64,000 nt of DNA from a virus (lineage: Duplodnaviria; Heunggongvirae; Uroviricota; Caudoviricetes), in IMG/VR virus record IMGVR_UViG_3300031993_000014, positions 50,987 through 114,986 of that record; one strand, written 5' to 3'. Under the pieces are notes generated by a model. It worked only from the letters and a program-made list of their open reading frames with translations, had not been told where the DNA came from and made no database searches. Below, piece after piece: positions 37,176 to 47,391 of this stretch; the first letter of the stretch is position 1; each line of letters opens with the position of its first letter. Both the position numbers and the translations under genes were made by a program.

Positions 37176-38762
37176 TTAAGCTTCTTCCGGATTGACTCGT
37201 TTGAAGCGATTTCCTCTTGCACCTGCCGGAGCAGATTCTTCGAGTCTATCGCCCCATGTAGTACGGACACCCATAGATTCGCTCTTACCGAAGTTGCAGA
37301 CCAGACGAGCTGTGTCTCCTTCGAACGGAATAGCGACCATAGAGAACGGACATTTCTTTGCTTTGTAACGCTGTTTCAGACGACAGATCATCATATAATG
37401 AACACCTTCCGGGTCTTTCAGGTTTCCAAGCATGTAAGTACCGTCAGCATTTTCGTATGCTGCAATACTATTGCCCATGTCTGCGCCACTGAACTTACCT
37501 TCAAAGGATTGTCCCTTCTGTGCAAGTTCCGAAGCCTTACGGACTGCTTCTCTCTGGATCTGAGAAGCGTCGATAACAGGGATCTTGTATCTCTTAGCCA
37601 AGATCTTGAAATCATTTACTGCGGAACCAAGATCAAACGTCGGGTCATCAATATGATTGATAGCTCTGATACGCTTAAGATAGTCATGAACGACACAGAC
37701 GACTTGGTATCCACGCATGGCGAGCTTTTCGATTTCGCTCTCGATATCTGCCACGCTGATAGACATATTGTCTTTGTACTTTCTCTTGAACGGAATTCTC
37801 CAACCGTTCTGTACATACAGATCGTACAATTCTTCCGGAGTTCTATCAATGTAATCCTTTTCGGAGGATATGGCTTCCGGCAAGCCAACGGAGTACTGTC
37901 TTTCCAAGCTTTCTTCGAGAGAGTTTTCTTGGGTGACATAAAGGACAATGGGCTTCATGCCTTCCTTCAGCGTGCTAGGATCATATCTGTTCATCGAGCA
38001 AGCCCAGTACAAGACATTCTCCAACATGAGACTCTTACCAGTACCCGGTGCTCCCAAGAACACATATACGCGTCCTGCTCTGAACCCACCGCCCAGAAGC
38101 ATATTGAGTTCTCTGCATCCTGTACGGACTACAGACTTCGGACTCTTTGCTTCATCAATAGATCTTTGTTGTCCTCTGATAAACGATTCTTCGCCGAAGA
38201 TCATTTCATCAGAATCGTCTCTTTCAATTTCCGCCCTGTTCATTGAACTGATAAGCGGAAGCACAATGTCTCTAAATTTCTTTGGAAGTGCTCTAGCGTT
38301 ATGAGCATCGAGATTCTGTAATTCTTCGACGAGAGATACGAGAGGATTCACACTTCCGTACAACACCTGAGACTCCGACAAGTCTGAGAATGATTGTACA
38401 ATGTATTCGGCTGTATCTTCGTTAAGAATCAGCCCAGTGGAAGTAATTTCTGTTTTCAAGGTTTCCAGAATCTCATCTGCGTTCGGGCAGGTTCCCACTA
38501 CGGTATCCCTAAGAATTTTCCCGTCTATGGTACGATCTTCTACAACCTTGTTAAAGATGCCGAGAGCTATCTTGATAAGCCCATTACGATACGAGTCTTC
38601 ACCGTGTTCCATAGCAATGTTGGAACGGATAAGAATATCACGGATACTCTGGGCATCCCAGACCGTGAGCTTCGTGGTGAAGAGTAATAGCTGAATGGAA
38701 CGTTCAAGTAATTCATTGCTGATAGGCAAGATGATTGTCGGTGCTCTTCTGCGTCCTGGCAT
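37176..38762 (-). CDS. dnaB: DnaB-like replicative helicase
   Basis: TGCRELNMLLGGG, GAPGTGKS, YVTQEN, VVHDYL, ASQIQR, RLKQRY. Confidence 0.88.
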   Translation of the reverse strand: MPGRRRAPTIILPISNELLERSIQLLLFTTKLTVWDAQSIRDILIRSNIAMEHGEDSYRNGLIKIALGIFNKVVEDRTIDGKILRDTVVGTCPNADEILETLKTEITSTGLILNEDTAEYIVQSFSDLSESQVLYGSVNPLVSLVEELQNLDAHNARALPKKFRDIVLPLISSMNRAEIERDDSDEMIFGEESFIRGQQRSIDEAKSPKSVVRTGCRELNMLLGGGFRAGRVYVFLGAPGTGKSLMLENVLYWACSMNRYDPSTLKEGMKPIVLYVTQENSLEESLERQYSVGLPEAISSEKDYIDRTPEELYDLYVQNGWRIPFKRKYKDNMSISVADIESEIEKLAMRGYQVVCVVHDYLKRIRAINHIDDPTFDLGSAVNDFKILAKRYKIPVIDASQIQREAVRKASELAQKGQSFEGKFSGADMGNSIAAYENADGTYMLGNLKDPEGVHYMMICRLKQRYKAKKCPFSMVAIPFEGDTARLVCNFGKSESMGVRTTWGDRLEESAPAGARGNRFKRVNPEEA

Positions 38763-39964
38763 TAGTTTTCTCCGGATATGATAAGACGTATTTTGTCAAG
38801 CTCAACTTTCGTGAGGAACTTCGTTTCAAGGAACTTCTGTATCTTCTCACTGTAGTCGAGAGAAGGATCTGCAAGGAACGCAAGCTCGTTTTGTTCCTCT
38901 TCGGTCTCTTCCATTTCTTGAGTTTCGTCGGTCTTAACTTTGTCTACGGCTCGTTTGATTTGGAAGTTAAGATTGCGAGCGTCTGTGGCAAAATCAGACA
39001 CAACTTTTTTAATTTCGGGATGCTCGCTAGCAAGCTTTTCTGACATGACAAATCGATAAGAAACCGCCGGATCGGTTGCTGTAGCAGCTAACGTCTTGAC
39101 GAATACCTCAATATTTCCAGCAGAGCCGTTATAAAGATCATCTACAGAGAATGACTTATATACAGGTGCGTCAAGGTTCTCTTCGAATTCATGGTCGAAT
39201 GTCCCGTTCTTGGGATTGTAAGTATAGATCATGAAACCTTTAGACTTCGGTTCACCTTGAGAAGTTCTAGAGAAGCTTCCATGATAGAATACTTTTTCCT
39301 TGTAGTCGCAAGCTACATGGATATGACCACCAGTGACAGGGCCTTTGCATACTCGAATCAAGTCTTCGCTCTTAAACACTGGTGCAGATTCCATCGGCAT
39401 TTCGCTCTCGTAAACCTGAGAAGCAAACGACTGAAAGTCCATTGTGCCGTGGAAGAAGATAAAGTCATAAGCCTTGTCTGGAGCTTCATAGATGTATTCT
39501 TTGTAGAATTCTCTCATGTCCTTCGGATACTCTTCCGGAATGTAGAGAACCTTAAAGCCTTCGTAAAGCTCTTCGACAGTGCATGTCGTAATAGTCTTAA
39601 AGCACTTGTAACCGCTGAGGAAGAGACCAAGGGTTTCAACCTGTCCACGGTCATGAGACAATGTTCCCTGAAGGAGTCTTACAGGAATGTTATTGCGTTC
39701 ACAGATGTTGAGCGTTCTGGAAAAGCATCCTGCTAAAAGTCTCATCGTACTGGAAGACATCTTGATTTCCTTATGGAAGAGGTCTCCAGATATGACCACA
39801 AGGTCAATCGCGTCTGTGTTTGATTCAATCAGCTTATTGAAGTAATCGTCGTATTCCTTGGCAAGATGCTCATCATCCTTAGCTCCGAAATGGAAGTCTC
39901 CCGCATCAATAGCTACGAAAAGTCCATCGCCCTTGGGCTTGTAAAAGCTCTTTATGGTATTCAT
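38762..39964 (-). CDS. sbcD: SbcD/Mre11-like nuclease
   Basis: GDFHFG, SGDLFH, GTLSHD, FHGT, GGHIH calcineurin-like motifs. Confidence 0.88.
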   Translation of the reverse strand: MNTIKSFYKPKGDGLFVAIDAGDFHFGAKDDEHLAKEYDDYFNKLIESNTDAIDLVVISGDLFHKEIKMSSSTMRLLAGCFSRTLNICERNNIPVRLLQGTLSHDRGQVETLGLFLSGYKCFKTITTCTVEELYEGFKVLYIPEEYPKDMREFYKEYIYEAPDKAYDFIFFHGTMDFQSFASQVYESEMPMESAPVFKSEDLIRVCKGPVTGGHIHVACDYKEKVFYHGSFSRTSQGEPKSKGFMIYTYNPKNGTFDHEFEENLDAPVYKSFSVDDLYNGSAGNIEVFVKTLAATATDPAVSYRFVMSEKLASEHPEIKKVVSDFATDARNLNFQIKRAVDKVKTDETQEMEETEEEQNELAFLADPSLDYSEKIQKFLETKFLTKVELDKIRLIISGEN

Positions 39965-39981
39965 TGTATACTCCTTTGCAG

Positions 39982-40014
39982 CAATGATAAGTTACGGGCA
40001 TAAACTTATCAATG
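39982..40014. promoter_or_regulatory. back-to-back pair of AACT-N4-AWTR promoters
   Basis: AACTTATCATTG (-, 39982-39993) and AACTTATCAATG (+, 40003-40014). Confidence 0.65.
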
Positions 40015-40037
40015 AATAACACCATTTTGAGGATTCT

Positions 40038-40967
40038 ATGAAACGTCTTTCTGAATTGTCTATTATTACTGAGGAAAGTAAGGCGGCTACGGCTAAGAAG
40101 ATTACTCTCCTCAATCCGAAGCTTGATACTGCTCCCAAAGCCTTTATCACCGAAATGGTTCAGCAAATGCAAGCCAGAGAGAAGCGTCCTCTTCGTGCCA
40201 GACTCATCAGCGAAATTGAAAACGGAACCGTTGTTCCTGTCTTCTCTCCTGCTGCTTATGGCACTGGTCTTCCGTTCCTCCCGGTCTGGGTTGCTAGAAA
40301 TGGTTCCGAAGCCGTTGGTGTTGCCAACTTAACCAATCGTTTCAAGGTCGATAAGAAAGGCGAAATCGCTTCCAACCCGAGACAGTTTTACAATCTCTGT
40401 GCTGCTGCCTTGATCTTTAAGGAAATCACCCTCAACCCTGAAGCCTTCACCCGTAATGTAAAGCTAGTCACTGCTCTTAGCCGTATCTATTCCAAGATTA
40501 TGACCAAGGTGACTGACAAGCTCTACGGGATTAGCTACAATGAACTTGTGCTTGACCAGATCCGTTACCTCTATGCGAAATTCTTTTTGATTTCTTCCAT
40601 CGGTAAAGCTGGTGAAGCTGCTTCGCTCATTGCTCTTAAGTCTGTCAAGAATTCTTCTAGACAGGCGGTCATGGACATCGACAGATTGGTTCCGACAGCA
40701 GACTACGAGAACTTTGATAAGTTCACCGACCGTCTTGCTATCACATTCAACAACCTGAGCAAGATTTCCATGCGTTCTGTCATTGCAGAAATCGTGAAGT
40801 CTTATGGTTCAACTTCGTTCCTCATTCCAGAATTTGCGCCTATGTTGATCATCAACGTAATGCTTGCAATCTGGGATAGCGGAATCAACGTCTCCTTCGC
40901 TTACAATTCTGTACTCGAAAAAGACGGTGAAGATGTCCTGACTGAAATTCAGAACATCATTAAATAA
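40038..40967 (+). CDS. conserved hypothetical helical protein
   Basis: 309 aa, strong codon bias, RBS gaggattctATG. Confidence 0.75.
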   Translation: MKRLSELSIITEESKAATAKKITLLNPKLDTAPKAFITEMVQQMQAREKRPLRARLISEIENGTVVPVFSPAAYGTGLPFLPVWVARNGSEAVGVANLTNRFKVDKKGEIASNPRQFYNLCAAALIFKEITLNPEAFTRNVKLVTALSRIYSKIMTKVTDKLYGISYNELVLDQIRYLYAKFFLISSIGKAGEAASLIALKSVKNSSRQAVMDIDRLVPTADYENFDKFTDRLAITFNNLSKISMRSVIAEIVKSYGSTSFLIPEFAPMLIINVMLAIWDSGINVSFAYNSVLEKDGEDVLTEIQNIIK

Positions 40968-41000
40968 AAATAGAGAGAGATCTTGCGATCTCTCTATTTT
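40966..41000. terminator. bidirectional terminator
   Basis: aaaaatagagagagatc-ttgc-gatctctctattttt. Confidence 0.8.
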
Positions 41001-42808
41001 TACTGCTCTCCAACGAAGAAGTCATCATAGACACCTTCAACGACTCTCTCATACGTGTCGATTTCTTGAAGCTTCTTACGAAGATTCTCGAACGACAGGA
41101 TCGTAGAAAGATTCTTGGTGTTGATGCCCTCGCTCAATCTGAGAACAGTAATCGGGCCAGTATCTGGCAACGAGAAGTCTGGTTTGTTTCCATTGATATC
41201 TCTCAACAGTGCCGACAAGATCGTTTCTGCATGAACAGATACAATCGGAATCTCACCATCAACGATATACTTGAGGAACGCATTTGCGATAGCCACATAG
41301 TTGTTACCGATTCCGTTATGGCTGTCGGTCTGAATCAAGCTAATGAGATTCATCAATGCTTCGTTAAGCTCAACACTCTGACGACGCAACGTAAACAGTT
41401 CTTCGCTGTCTTCGATGTTGATGTTATACTCATGCTTGTATACTTCGAGTTCCTCTTTCACTCGTCCTGTCGGATACAGTGGTACAGGAAGATCGAATGT
41501 TTCCTGTGATTTCTTGTTCTTCACAGTCAGTCTGTTGACCACCAAGTTTCCTTCATCGTCTTCACCAAGGTCTTCTCTTGCGATAGAGAACTTGCGAAGA
41601 TCCTTTCCGGAAAGCAGCACATTCTTAGATTCTTCAAACAGTTCCGTGAATCCAGCTGGCCACTCGATGGGCTTAGTCTTTGCCATGAGAAGATGCTTTG
41701 CAGACAGAAGTCTCTGTGTCAAGCATGATGTAAGCAACAACACACCCACAGACCCAACACGGTAGTGTTCTTCGTTTGCCATATCGAACAAGTCGCCATA
41801 GCATCTTCTACAGATACCTGTCTTGCATGAACAAGTGATCGGGCTATAAATCTTAATCTTGCCTTTCATTCGTTCAAACTGTTCGGCACTTCCGTCAATC
41901 TTCTCTCCTGATTCCGTATATCTTCCTATCAGGCGAGTAAATGTCTTCATGTTCGGAACATCCACTTCCAACGGATGCTTCGTGTCACAGCACTCTTCAT
42001 CTGACAATACAATGTCAGATGTGAGCAACAGCAACTTTCTTGCAAGGTATCCTGAGCGTCTCACTTGATGGTGAGAGATAACCAGTGCCTTTCTTGCACC
42101 AGTTGCAGATACCCAAAAGTCTTCAATACTTCTAAGTCCACGGATAAAGCTCGTGTTCACTGGGTGTTCGCAGATATTGTCATCGAGGTCTGGCTTCAGA
42201 CCTACACACGCCACCATCTGAGTCAGCTGTTTCTTGTTAACAGCTTCTCCTCGGATCAATTCTCTATACGGAGAATCTGGGGCGGAGAATACTCTACCGA
42301 CTTCTTCAGTCAGCTTGGACATATCTTCTGACATTTCATCCAAGGTCTTGTGCTCATCGAGTTTGAAGTCGATGAGTTTCTTGGCTTCAGGATTACTCTT
42401 ATACATCTTTGCAAGACTGTATAAGTCAACGGTAATACCGTGGATCTCATTTGTCTTTGTGGACAGAATGAGAAGATCCTGAATCACCTCAAAGATTTTC
42501 TCTTTCAGATTGTCTACTCCGGCTTCTCTTGCCATGTTCGCTAAGCGTCTGATATACGCATCAACGTCCTTGGCACTATCACCGTCAAACAAATCGCTCT
42601 CATCGAACTCCATGTCCAAACCCTTGGACACAGCTCTCAATGCCGTAAGAGAGATGATGGCTCGACCGACTGTCGTATCCTTGGTCAAAATCTTGATCGG
42701 AGTAGACTTTCGTTCTGCAATCGTTCCCTCTCCGTTAAAGAGGAATTCCCTGAGACCAGTGTAGCTCTTTTCAATGCTTTCACTTGTCAGCGAAGTAATG
42801 CTATTCAT
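41000..42808 (-). CDS. RNA polymerase beta'-C subunit (non-virion RNAP, AR9 gp154-like)
   Basis: VNTSFIRGL, GARKAL..QVRRSGYLARK (bridge helix), SPITC..GICRRCYG zinc site, TQRLLSAKH (trigger loop). Confidence 0.9.
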   Translation of the reverse strand: MNSITSLTSESIEKSYTGLREFLFNGEGTIAERKSTPIKILTKDTTVGRAIISLTALRAVSKGLDMEFDESDLFDGDSAKDVDAYIRRLANMAREAGVDNLKEKIFEVIQDLLILSTKTNEIHGITVDLYSLAKMYKSNPEAKKLIDFKLDEHKTLDEMSEDMSKLTEEVGRVFSAPDSPYRELIRGEAVNKKQLTQMVACVGLKPDLDDNICEHPVNTSFIRGLRSIEDFWVSATGARKALVISHHQVRRSGYLARKLLLLTSDIVLSDEECCDTKHPLEVDVPNMKTFTRLIGRYTESGEKIDGSAEQFERMKGKIKIYSPITCSCKTGICRRCYGDLFDMANEEHYRVGSVGVLLLTSCLTQRLLSAKHLLMAKTKPIEWPAGFTELFEESKNVLLSGKDLRKFSIAREDLGEDDEGNLVVNRLTVKNKKSQETFDLPVPLYPTGRVKEELEVYKHEYNINIEDSEELFTLRRQSVELNEALMNLISLIQTDSHNGIGNNYVAIANAFLKYIVDGEIPIVSVHAETILSALLRDINGNKPDFSLPDTGPITVLRLSEGINTKNLSTILSFENLRKKLQEIDTYERVVEGVYDDFFVGEQ

Positions 42809-42824
42809 TAGCTCTCCTTGTGGA

Positions 42825-42856
42825 TAATTTATAGTTACTTCAATTTCTTTATATAC
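42825..42856 (-). promoter_or_regulatory. tandem early-type and AACT-type promoters
   Basis: GTATATAAAGAAA (42844-42856) followed by AACTATAAATTA (42825-42836). Confidence 0.6.
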
Positions 42857-42859
42857 AAA

Positions 42860-42889
42860 AGAAAAGACTCTAAGGAAGTCCTTAGAGTC
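42860..42889 (-). terminator. intrinsic terminator after sbcC
   Basis: gactctaagg-actt-ccttagagtc plus ttttctttt. Confidence 0.8.
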
Positions 42890-42895
42890 CTTGTA

Positions 42896-45679
42896 TTACT
42901 TTTCGTAATTAAAGATGATTGTCTTGTTAGCCATGAGAGTTTCGTTGTTAGTCTCGATACCGTGATTCTTCAATAGGATGAGGTTACATGGTTCTTGCAT
43001 GAATTCTCGGTTATGGCTAATGACGAAGCACTGTTCCACCTTGAGATCGGCAATCTGTCTTCTCAGCATCTTGACAAACCCAGTACGGTTCTGTTCATCA
43101 AGCACACCGTCTACTTCATCAAGGTATACGATGTTGTAGGAGTTGTTGATAGCCTTATTCAAGATAGCCAGAGACAGAGCTTGCTTGACAAACGACTGTT
43201 CAGCACCGCTTCCGAGCTTGCAGTCATCCAAGACGGTTCCATTGCTCTTCACGATAGGGATAGAGAAATCCTTTTCTGTGATAACAAAGTCGCCGATGAG
43301 CAGCTCACCGTTAAAGGCAATCTGGAGCAGGTGGTTAGCCTTCTCACGGATCTCTTCAAGGTAAGTGTCAATGAGGTATAACGGAATACCCTTGGTCTGG
43401 TCGCAAGCAGCCTTAACAGCTTCAACGGCATTGTACTCGTCCTGAATCTTGGCAATGCTAGCTTCGAGTTCATCACGCTTCTGCCTTTCGTACTTGTAGT
43501 TGTTAAGCTCGGTCTCCATAGCCTCTTTTTCCTTACGAGCATCAGTGATCTTTGTCGTAAGTTCCAAGAGAGCTTGACGGCTCTTAGCAATATCAGCAAG
43601 ATATTGAACCATCTTTTCAACCTTAGCCTTGTTCTCTTCGATTTCCTTTCGTTTCTCTTCAAGAACAACAAAGGCTTTCTTCAGGTTCTTCAGATGTTCG
43701 ATACGATCGCTGATAGAAGTAACTTCCTCGTTAGCAGCTCTGAAGCCTTCTTCTTCGGTACTGTAGCTAGACTGAAGCTCTTCGACCTTAGACGATGCCT
43801 TGGAGAGAGTTTCTCTGGCTGCACCAATGGCTTCGGCTTCACTGCTTACAGCCTTGAGCTGAAGCTTAGCATTAGCCAATGAAGAACGAGTATTTTCAAG
43901 TTCAAGTCTGGCATTAACGTAATTCTCGATATCGGAGACATCAAACAAGTCAAACAGCTCGTCTTCAGTACCCTTCAAGTACTTCAGATAAGTCATCGTG
44001 TCGTTCAGCATCTGGATCTTAGAAATCAACCTGAGAGACAGCTTCTTCGAGAGTTCTTTCTTGAAGTTCTCGTAAATATCGCCACAGGAAGACAAGAAGC
44101 TAATCTTGTTGGTAAGATACATGGCTTCATTGTTCAATGAGTCACGGTCAATGGAAGCGAATTCTTCCTGTTCCTTCCTAAGAGCTGCAAGACGGATGAT
44201 GGAACCCTTAGCTTCAACAGCTGCTGCAATGAACGGACAAGAGTCATTCTTACAAGAAGCCGGACGCTTGTTCAGCACTTCTTCAAGCTTAGCCTGAGCT
44301 TCAAGGAACTTGATGTCACTAGCGATAGTGATAATCTTGTTACGCTTTTCTTCAAGCTTTTTTAGCTCGGTTGTAGCCTCGAACAAGAGCTTGTTCACAA
44401 CAGAGTGATCTGTCAAATCAACATCAGACAGGTCGTAAGACTTCAGCTGATCACGAATGCCAGAAAGCAGAGTGTTAGCTTCGATGGATTCTCTCTTGAG
44501 AATTGCCAGTTCAGCTGCTCCGTAAGTGGTAAACTTCTTGTACTTGATATCCACATACTTAGACTTCATTTCTTCTGTGCATTGCTGAAGCTTTGTTTCG
44601 CCATCAGCGATCATTTCATTAAGACGATCCACTGTTCCCTGAGAGTCTTCAAGAGACTTCAGCTTAGCCTCTGCTCTTTCCTTTGCTTCGATGGCTTCAT
44701 TAAGACCAGTCTTAGCGTTATTCATCATAACAGAATGAGTAGTCTTAGCTTCTCTCGCTTTATCAAGGTCAGGCTGAATATGCTCTATCTCTTCATCAGC
44801 ACTTGTCAGAGAGAAGCCTTCCGGAATCTCAGCTTTCTGAATATCATAGATGCTTTCGAGTTCCTTGATCTTCTCATCGACCGGATTCTTACCTGTTCTT
44901 GCGAATACACGGAGTTCAGGGATAGACTTATCAGTCTCTGTCAGGATCCCATCAATGATACCCTTTTCCTTTCCGTAATCCTTGTTAAGATCTTCAAGGA
45001 TGGTATCCTTATCCTTGATAGCGATCTCAAGATTATCGATAGCGACTTGGCACTTCTCCTTGGAAGAGAGCTTGAGGAGTTCATCCTTGAATGTAGCCAT
45101 CTGTCTACGGAGAGCCGTAAACTGTTCTGCTGCTTTCTTGTGGAAATTCAAGTATGGGTCAATAGCCGGAAGGAACTGTCCGATGAACTTCTTACGATCG
45201 CTCTTAGAAAGGTCAACGAAGTTAGCAATCCCACCAATACGACCGACGACGAAATAGTCTTCGGTTACGCCAAGATTGTCTTGAACACAGTCTCCGTATG
45301 ACTTAATCTTACCAGACGAGTTCAGATTCTGCCATCTGCCGTTTTCAAGCTTGTAGAAGAAACACTTAGACTCATGTCTCTGTTCTTCATCGTTCCATAC
45401 GTAGTTGATAACGGACTTGAAGACATTGTTCTCATCTTTCCTGAAGATGAGTTCCTTCATACCGTTTTCTTTTTCAATAATGATACGCTTACGGTTATCA
45501 AGAGAAGAAGGGAACGGATGCAGAACAGAAATGAGTGTAGTCTTTCCAGAGAAGTTCTTACCGAAGAGCATTGTAATAGGCTCATCGAGAGACTTCGTAA
45601 AATCGATTTCCAAAGTCCTGAGACCCATGCCTGTATAGAACCCAGCAAAGTTCTCAAACTTAGCTTTCAATATAATCAT
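42896..45679 (-). CDS. sbcC: SbcC/Rad50-like SMC ATPase
   Basis: GKNFSGKTT, long coiled coils with central CKNDSCPF hook, GSGAEQ signature, YLDEVDG, ISHN. Confidence 0.9.
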   Translation of the reverse strand: MIILKAKFENFAGFYTGMGLRTLEIDFTKSLDEPITMLFGKNFSGKTTLISVLHPFPSSLDNRKRIIIEKENGMKELIFRKDENNVFKSVINYVWNDEEQRHESKCFFYKLENGRWQNLNSSGKIKSYGDCVQDNLGVTEDYFVVGRIGGIANFVDLSKSDRKKFIGQFLPAIDPYLNFHKKAAEQFTALRRQMATFKDELLKLSSKEKCQVAIDNLEIAIKDKDTILEDLNKDYGKEKGIIDGILTETDKSIPELRVFARTGKNPVDEKIKELESIYDIQKAEIPEGFSLTSADEEIEHIQPDLDKAREAKTTHSVMMNNAKTGLNEAIEAKERAEAKLKSLEDSQGTVDRLNEMIADGETKLQQCTEEMKSKYVDIKYKKFTTYGAAELAILKRESIEANTLLSGIRDQLKSYDLSDVDLTDHSVVNKLLFEATTELKKLEEKRNKIITIASDIKFLEAQAKLEEVLNKRPASCKNDSCPFIAAAVEAKGSIIRLAALRKEQEEFASIDRDSLNNEAMYLTNKISFLSSCGDIYENFKKELSKKLSLRLISKIQMLNDTMTYLKYLKGTEDELFDLFDVSDIENYVNARLELENTRSSLANAKLQLKAVSSEAEAIGAARETLSKASSKVEELQSSYSTEEEGFRAANEEVTSISDRIEHLKNLKKAFVVLEEKRKEIEENKAKVEKMVQYLADIAKSRQALLELTTKITDARKEKEAMETELNNYKYERQKRDELEASIAKIQDEYNAVEAVKAACDQTKGIPLYLIDTYLEEIREKANHLLQIAFNGELLIGDFVITEKDFSIPIVKSNGTVLDDCKLGSGAEQSFVKQALSLAILNKAINNSYNIVYLDEVDGVLDEQNRTGFVKMLRRQIADLKVEQCFVISHNREFMQEPCNLILLKNHGIETNNETLMANKTIIFNYEK

Positions 45680-46281
45680 GAGAGAAACACCTCACGGTAG
45701 TTAATGTTGAAGTGGTCACGAGAGAGTTTAAGTGTTTCGTAGACCGAAGAGTAATCCGTAGGCTCGCCGTTAAACTTGAACCACAACGGGTTGATCAGTT
45801 CTTCCTTCTGGAGAAGAGTCTTAAGACCGTTAGGAAATCTTTTCAAGAAGTACATGTTCATTTCAATGAACACCTTAGAGCGTTCGAGAACATTCATAGA
45901 CGGAAATACATTGTTTTCTCGCTTCACTGTTCTCCAAGTCTCTTCCTTGATAGCTCCTGCCGTCCTTGTAAGGAACGTACCAAGAGCGTAGTCCTTAGCT
46001 TCCATGAACGGAGTTACCCAGTAGATCTTTTCATTAATGGCGTCAAGCCAGTTGAACCTGTCGTAGTTATCCGTTTTCATGTCGTTCGGGAAGCTGTCAA
46101 GAAAAGCGTCCATAGTCATGACACCCTTCGTCTTATCAAACTGTCCAAGAGCTTCAAGCGGCGATACTACGGGGATAGGCTTGACCTTTGCAAGCATATG
46201 GATCATTTCTTCTAGCAAGTCCATTCTGTTAATAAATGGCACGAAGAAAGACATGTCTACTACAATATTAAACATAGTCAT
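45676..46281 (-). CDS. hypothetical protein
   Basis: 201 aa, RBS aaccaaaggagaaccATG, ATGA overlap with sbcC. Confidence 0.7.
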   Translation of the reverse strand: MTMFNIVVDMSFFVPFINRMDLLEEMIHMLAKVKPIPVVSPLEALGQFDKTKGVMTMDAFLDSFPNDMKTDNYDRFNWLDAINEKIYWVTPFMEAKDYALGTFLTRTAGAIKEETWRTVKRENNVFPSMNVLERSKVFIEMNMYFLKRFPNGLKTLLQKEELINPLWFKFNGEPTDYSSVYETLKLSRDHFNINYREVFLS

Positions 46282-46296
46282 GGTTCTCCTTTGGTT

Positions 46297-46337
46297 CGAT
46301 ATAAAGTTCGGGGTATGGATTCTTGAACTTTATAATG
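46297..46337. promoter_or_regulatory. back-to-back pair of AACT-type promoters
   Basis: AACTTTATATCG (-, variant, 46297-46308) and AACTTTATAATG (+, 46326-46337). Confidence 0.6.
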
Positions 46338-46353
46338 AACATATAAGGAGTCA

Positions 46354-47250
46354 ATGATGAATACTCTGTCTCTCAAGCTCAAAGAACTTCATTACATCAC
46401 TATGCTTAACATTTCTGCCAACGAGGATCCTAACCTCAACGTCCCGACTATCCTCATCGGTAACGGTACGTCTGATGTGAAGAAGGAAATTCATGACAGA
46501 TATATGGACAAGCTCCGTGACATCGTGAGGAAGTCTGAATCTGAGTACAAGGGACTCAGTGATGGCTATGCTACGATGTTCGATCAGTTCATTAAGTCCT
46601 ACAAGGAAAAGCTTGCTGGCAACATCAAGATGTCCAAAGAGCACAATAAGGAACTGGACGGATATACGCCTACTTCTAGCTTCAACATCAGTGTCAAACC
46701 TTATGTGCTTGACTTGAAGACTAAGACCGATGCTCACAAGATGGCAATCACAGAATTGCTTCAGAAGTACTTCATTCCGAAACTTGCTGTTATCACTAAC
46801 AAAGTCGATACTTCTAGATTTGAGGGCCAGTGGAAGGATATTCTCCTGACTTCTGTAACTAGAACAGGAAAGGCTCCTGACGATGAGTTCAAGACTGTAG
46901 AGGTTCCGCCCAAGGTTATCTCTGAATACCTTGAAGGATTTGGAATCAACAACTTGACAATGCTTCAGGATCAGCATACTGAAATCGATAACTTTGTAAA
47001 GCGTCTCAGAGAAAACATTGAAGGAGCTATCAATAAGCTCAAAATCGATGTCGATAACTTTGACGTTCATAAGGCAAAGGCCGAAAGTACTGAAATCGAA
47101 GGTAGAGCTAGGAAAGTGGCCAAGTTGCTTTACTTATTCAAGGATCTGAAAGATTCAATGGCATTGTCCAATAGTATCACTATGGACAGACTTGCCACTG
47201 GAGAACAGATAGTTAAAGCTGTCCTCAACCTGAAAGATCCTCAAGAATAA
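46354..47250 (+). CDS. hypothetical helical protein (possibly virion)
   Basis: 298 aa, RBS aaggagtcaATG, terminator at 47255-47290. Confidence 0.7.
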   Translation: MMNTLSLKLKELHYITMLNISANEDPNLNVPTILIGNGTSDVKKEIHDRYMDKLRDIVRKSESEYKGLSDGYATMFDQFIKSYKEKLAGNIKMSKEHNKELDGYTPTSSFNISVKPYVLDLKTKTDAHKMAITELLQKYFIPKLAVITNKVDTSRFEGQWKDILLTSVTRTGKAPDDEFKTVEVPPKVISEYLEGFGINNLTMLQDQHTEIDNFVKRLRENIEGAINKLKIDVDNFDVHKAKAESTEIEGRARKVAKLLYLFKDLKDSMALSNSITMDRLATGEQIVKAVLNLKDPQE

Positions 47251-47254
47251 ATTT

Positions 47255-47291
47255 ATACCTCCATCGTGGGATGGAGGTATTTTTATTTTTT
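47255..47291 (+). terminator. intrinsic terminator
   Basis: atacctccatc-gtgg-gatggaggtat plus T run. Confidence 0.85.
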
Positions 47292-47320
47292 ATAGGTTAT
47301 TATAAAGAAAAAAATAAAAA

Positions 47321-47354
47321 CGTGAAAAATGTCTCCTAAGTCATATATTAAAGA
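47321..47354 (+). promoter_or_regulatory. early-type promoter (cGTGAAA-N16-TATATTAAAGA)
   Basis: matches the spacing at 11261-11289 and the TATAT.AAAGA core. Confidence 0.5.
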
Positions 47355-47391
47355 ATGTAGTTAAAAACCATTAAACCAGGAGACAATAAAA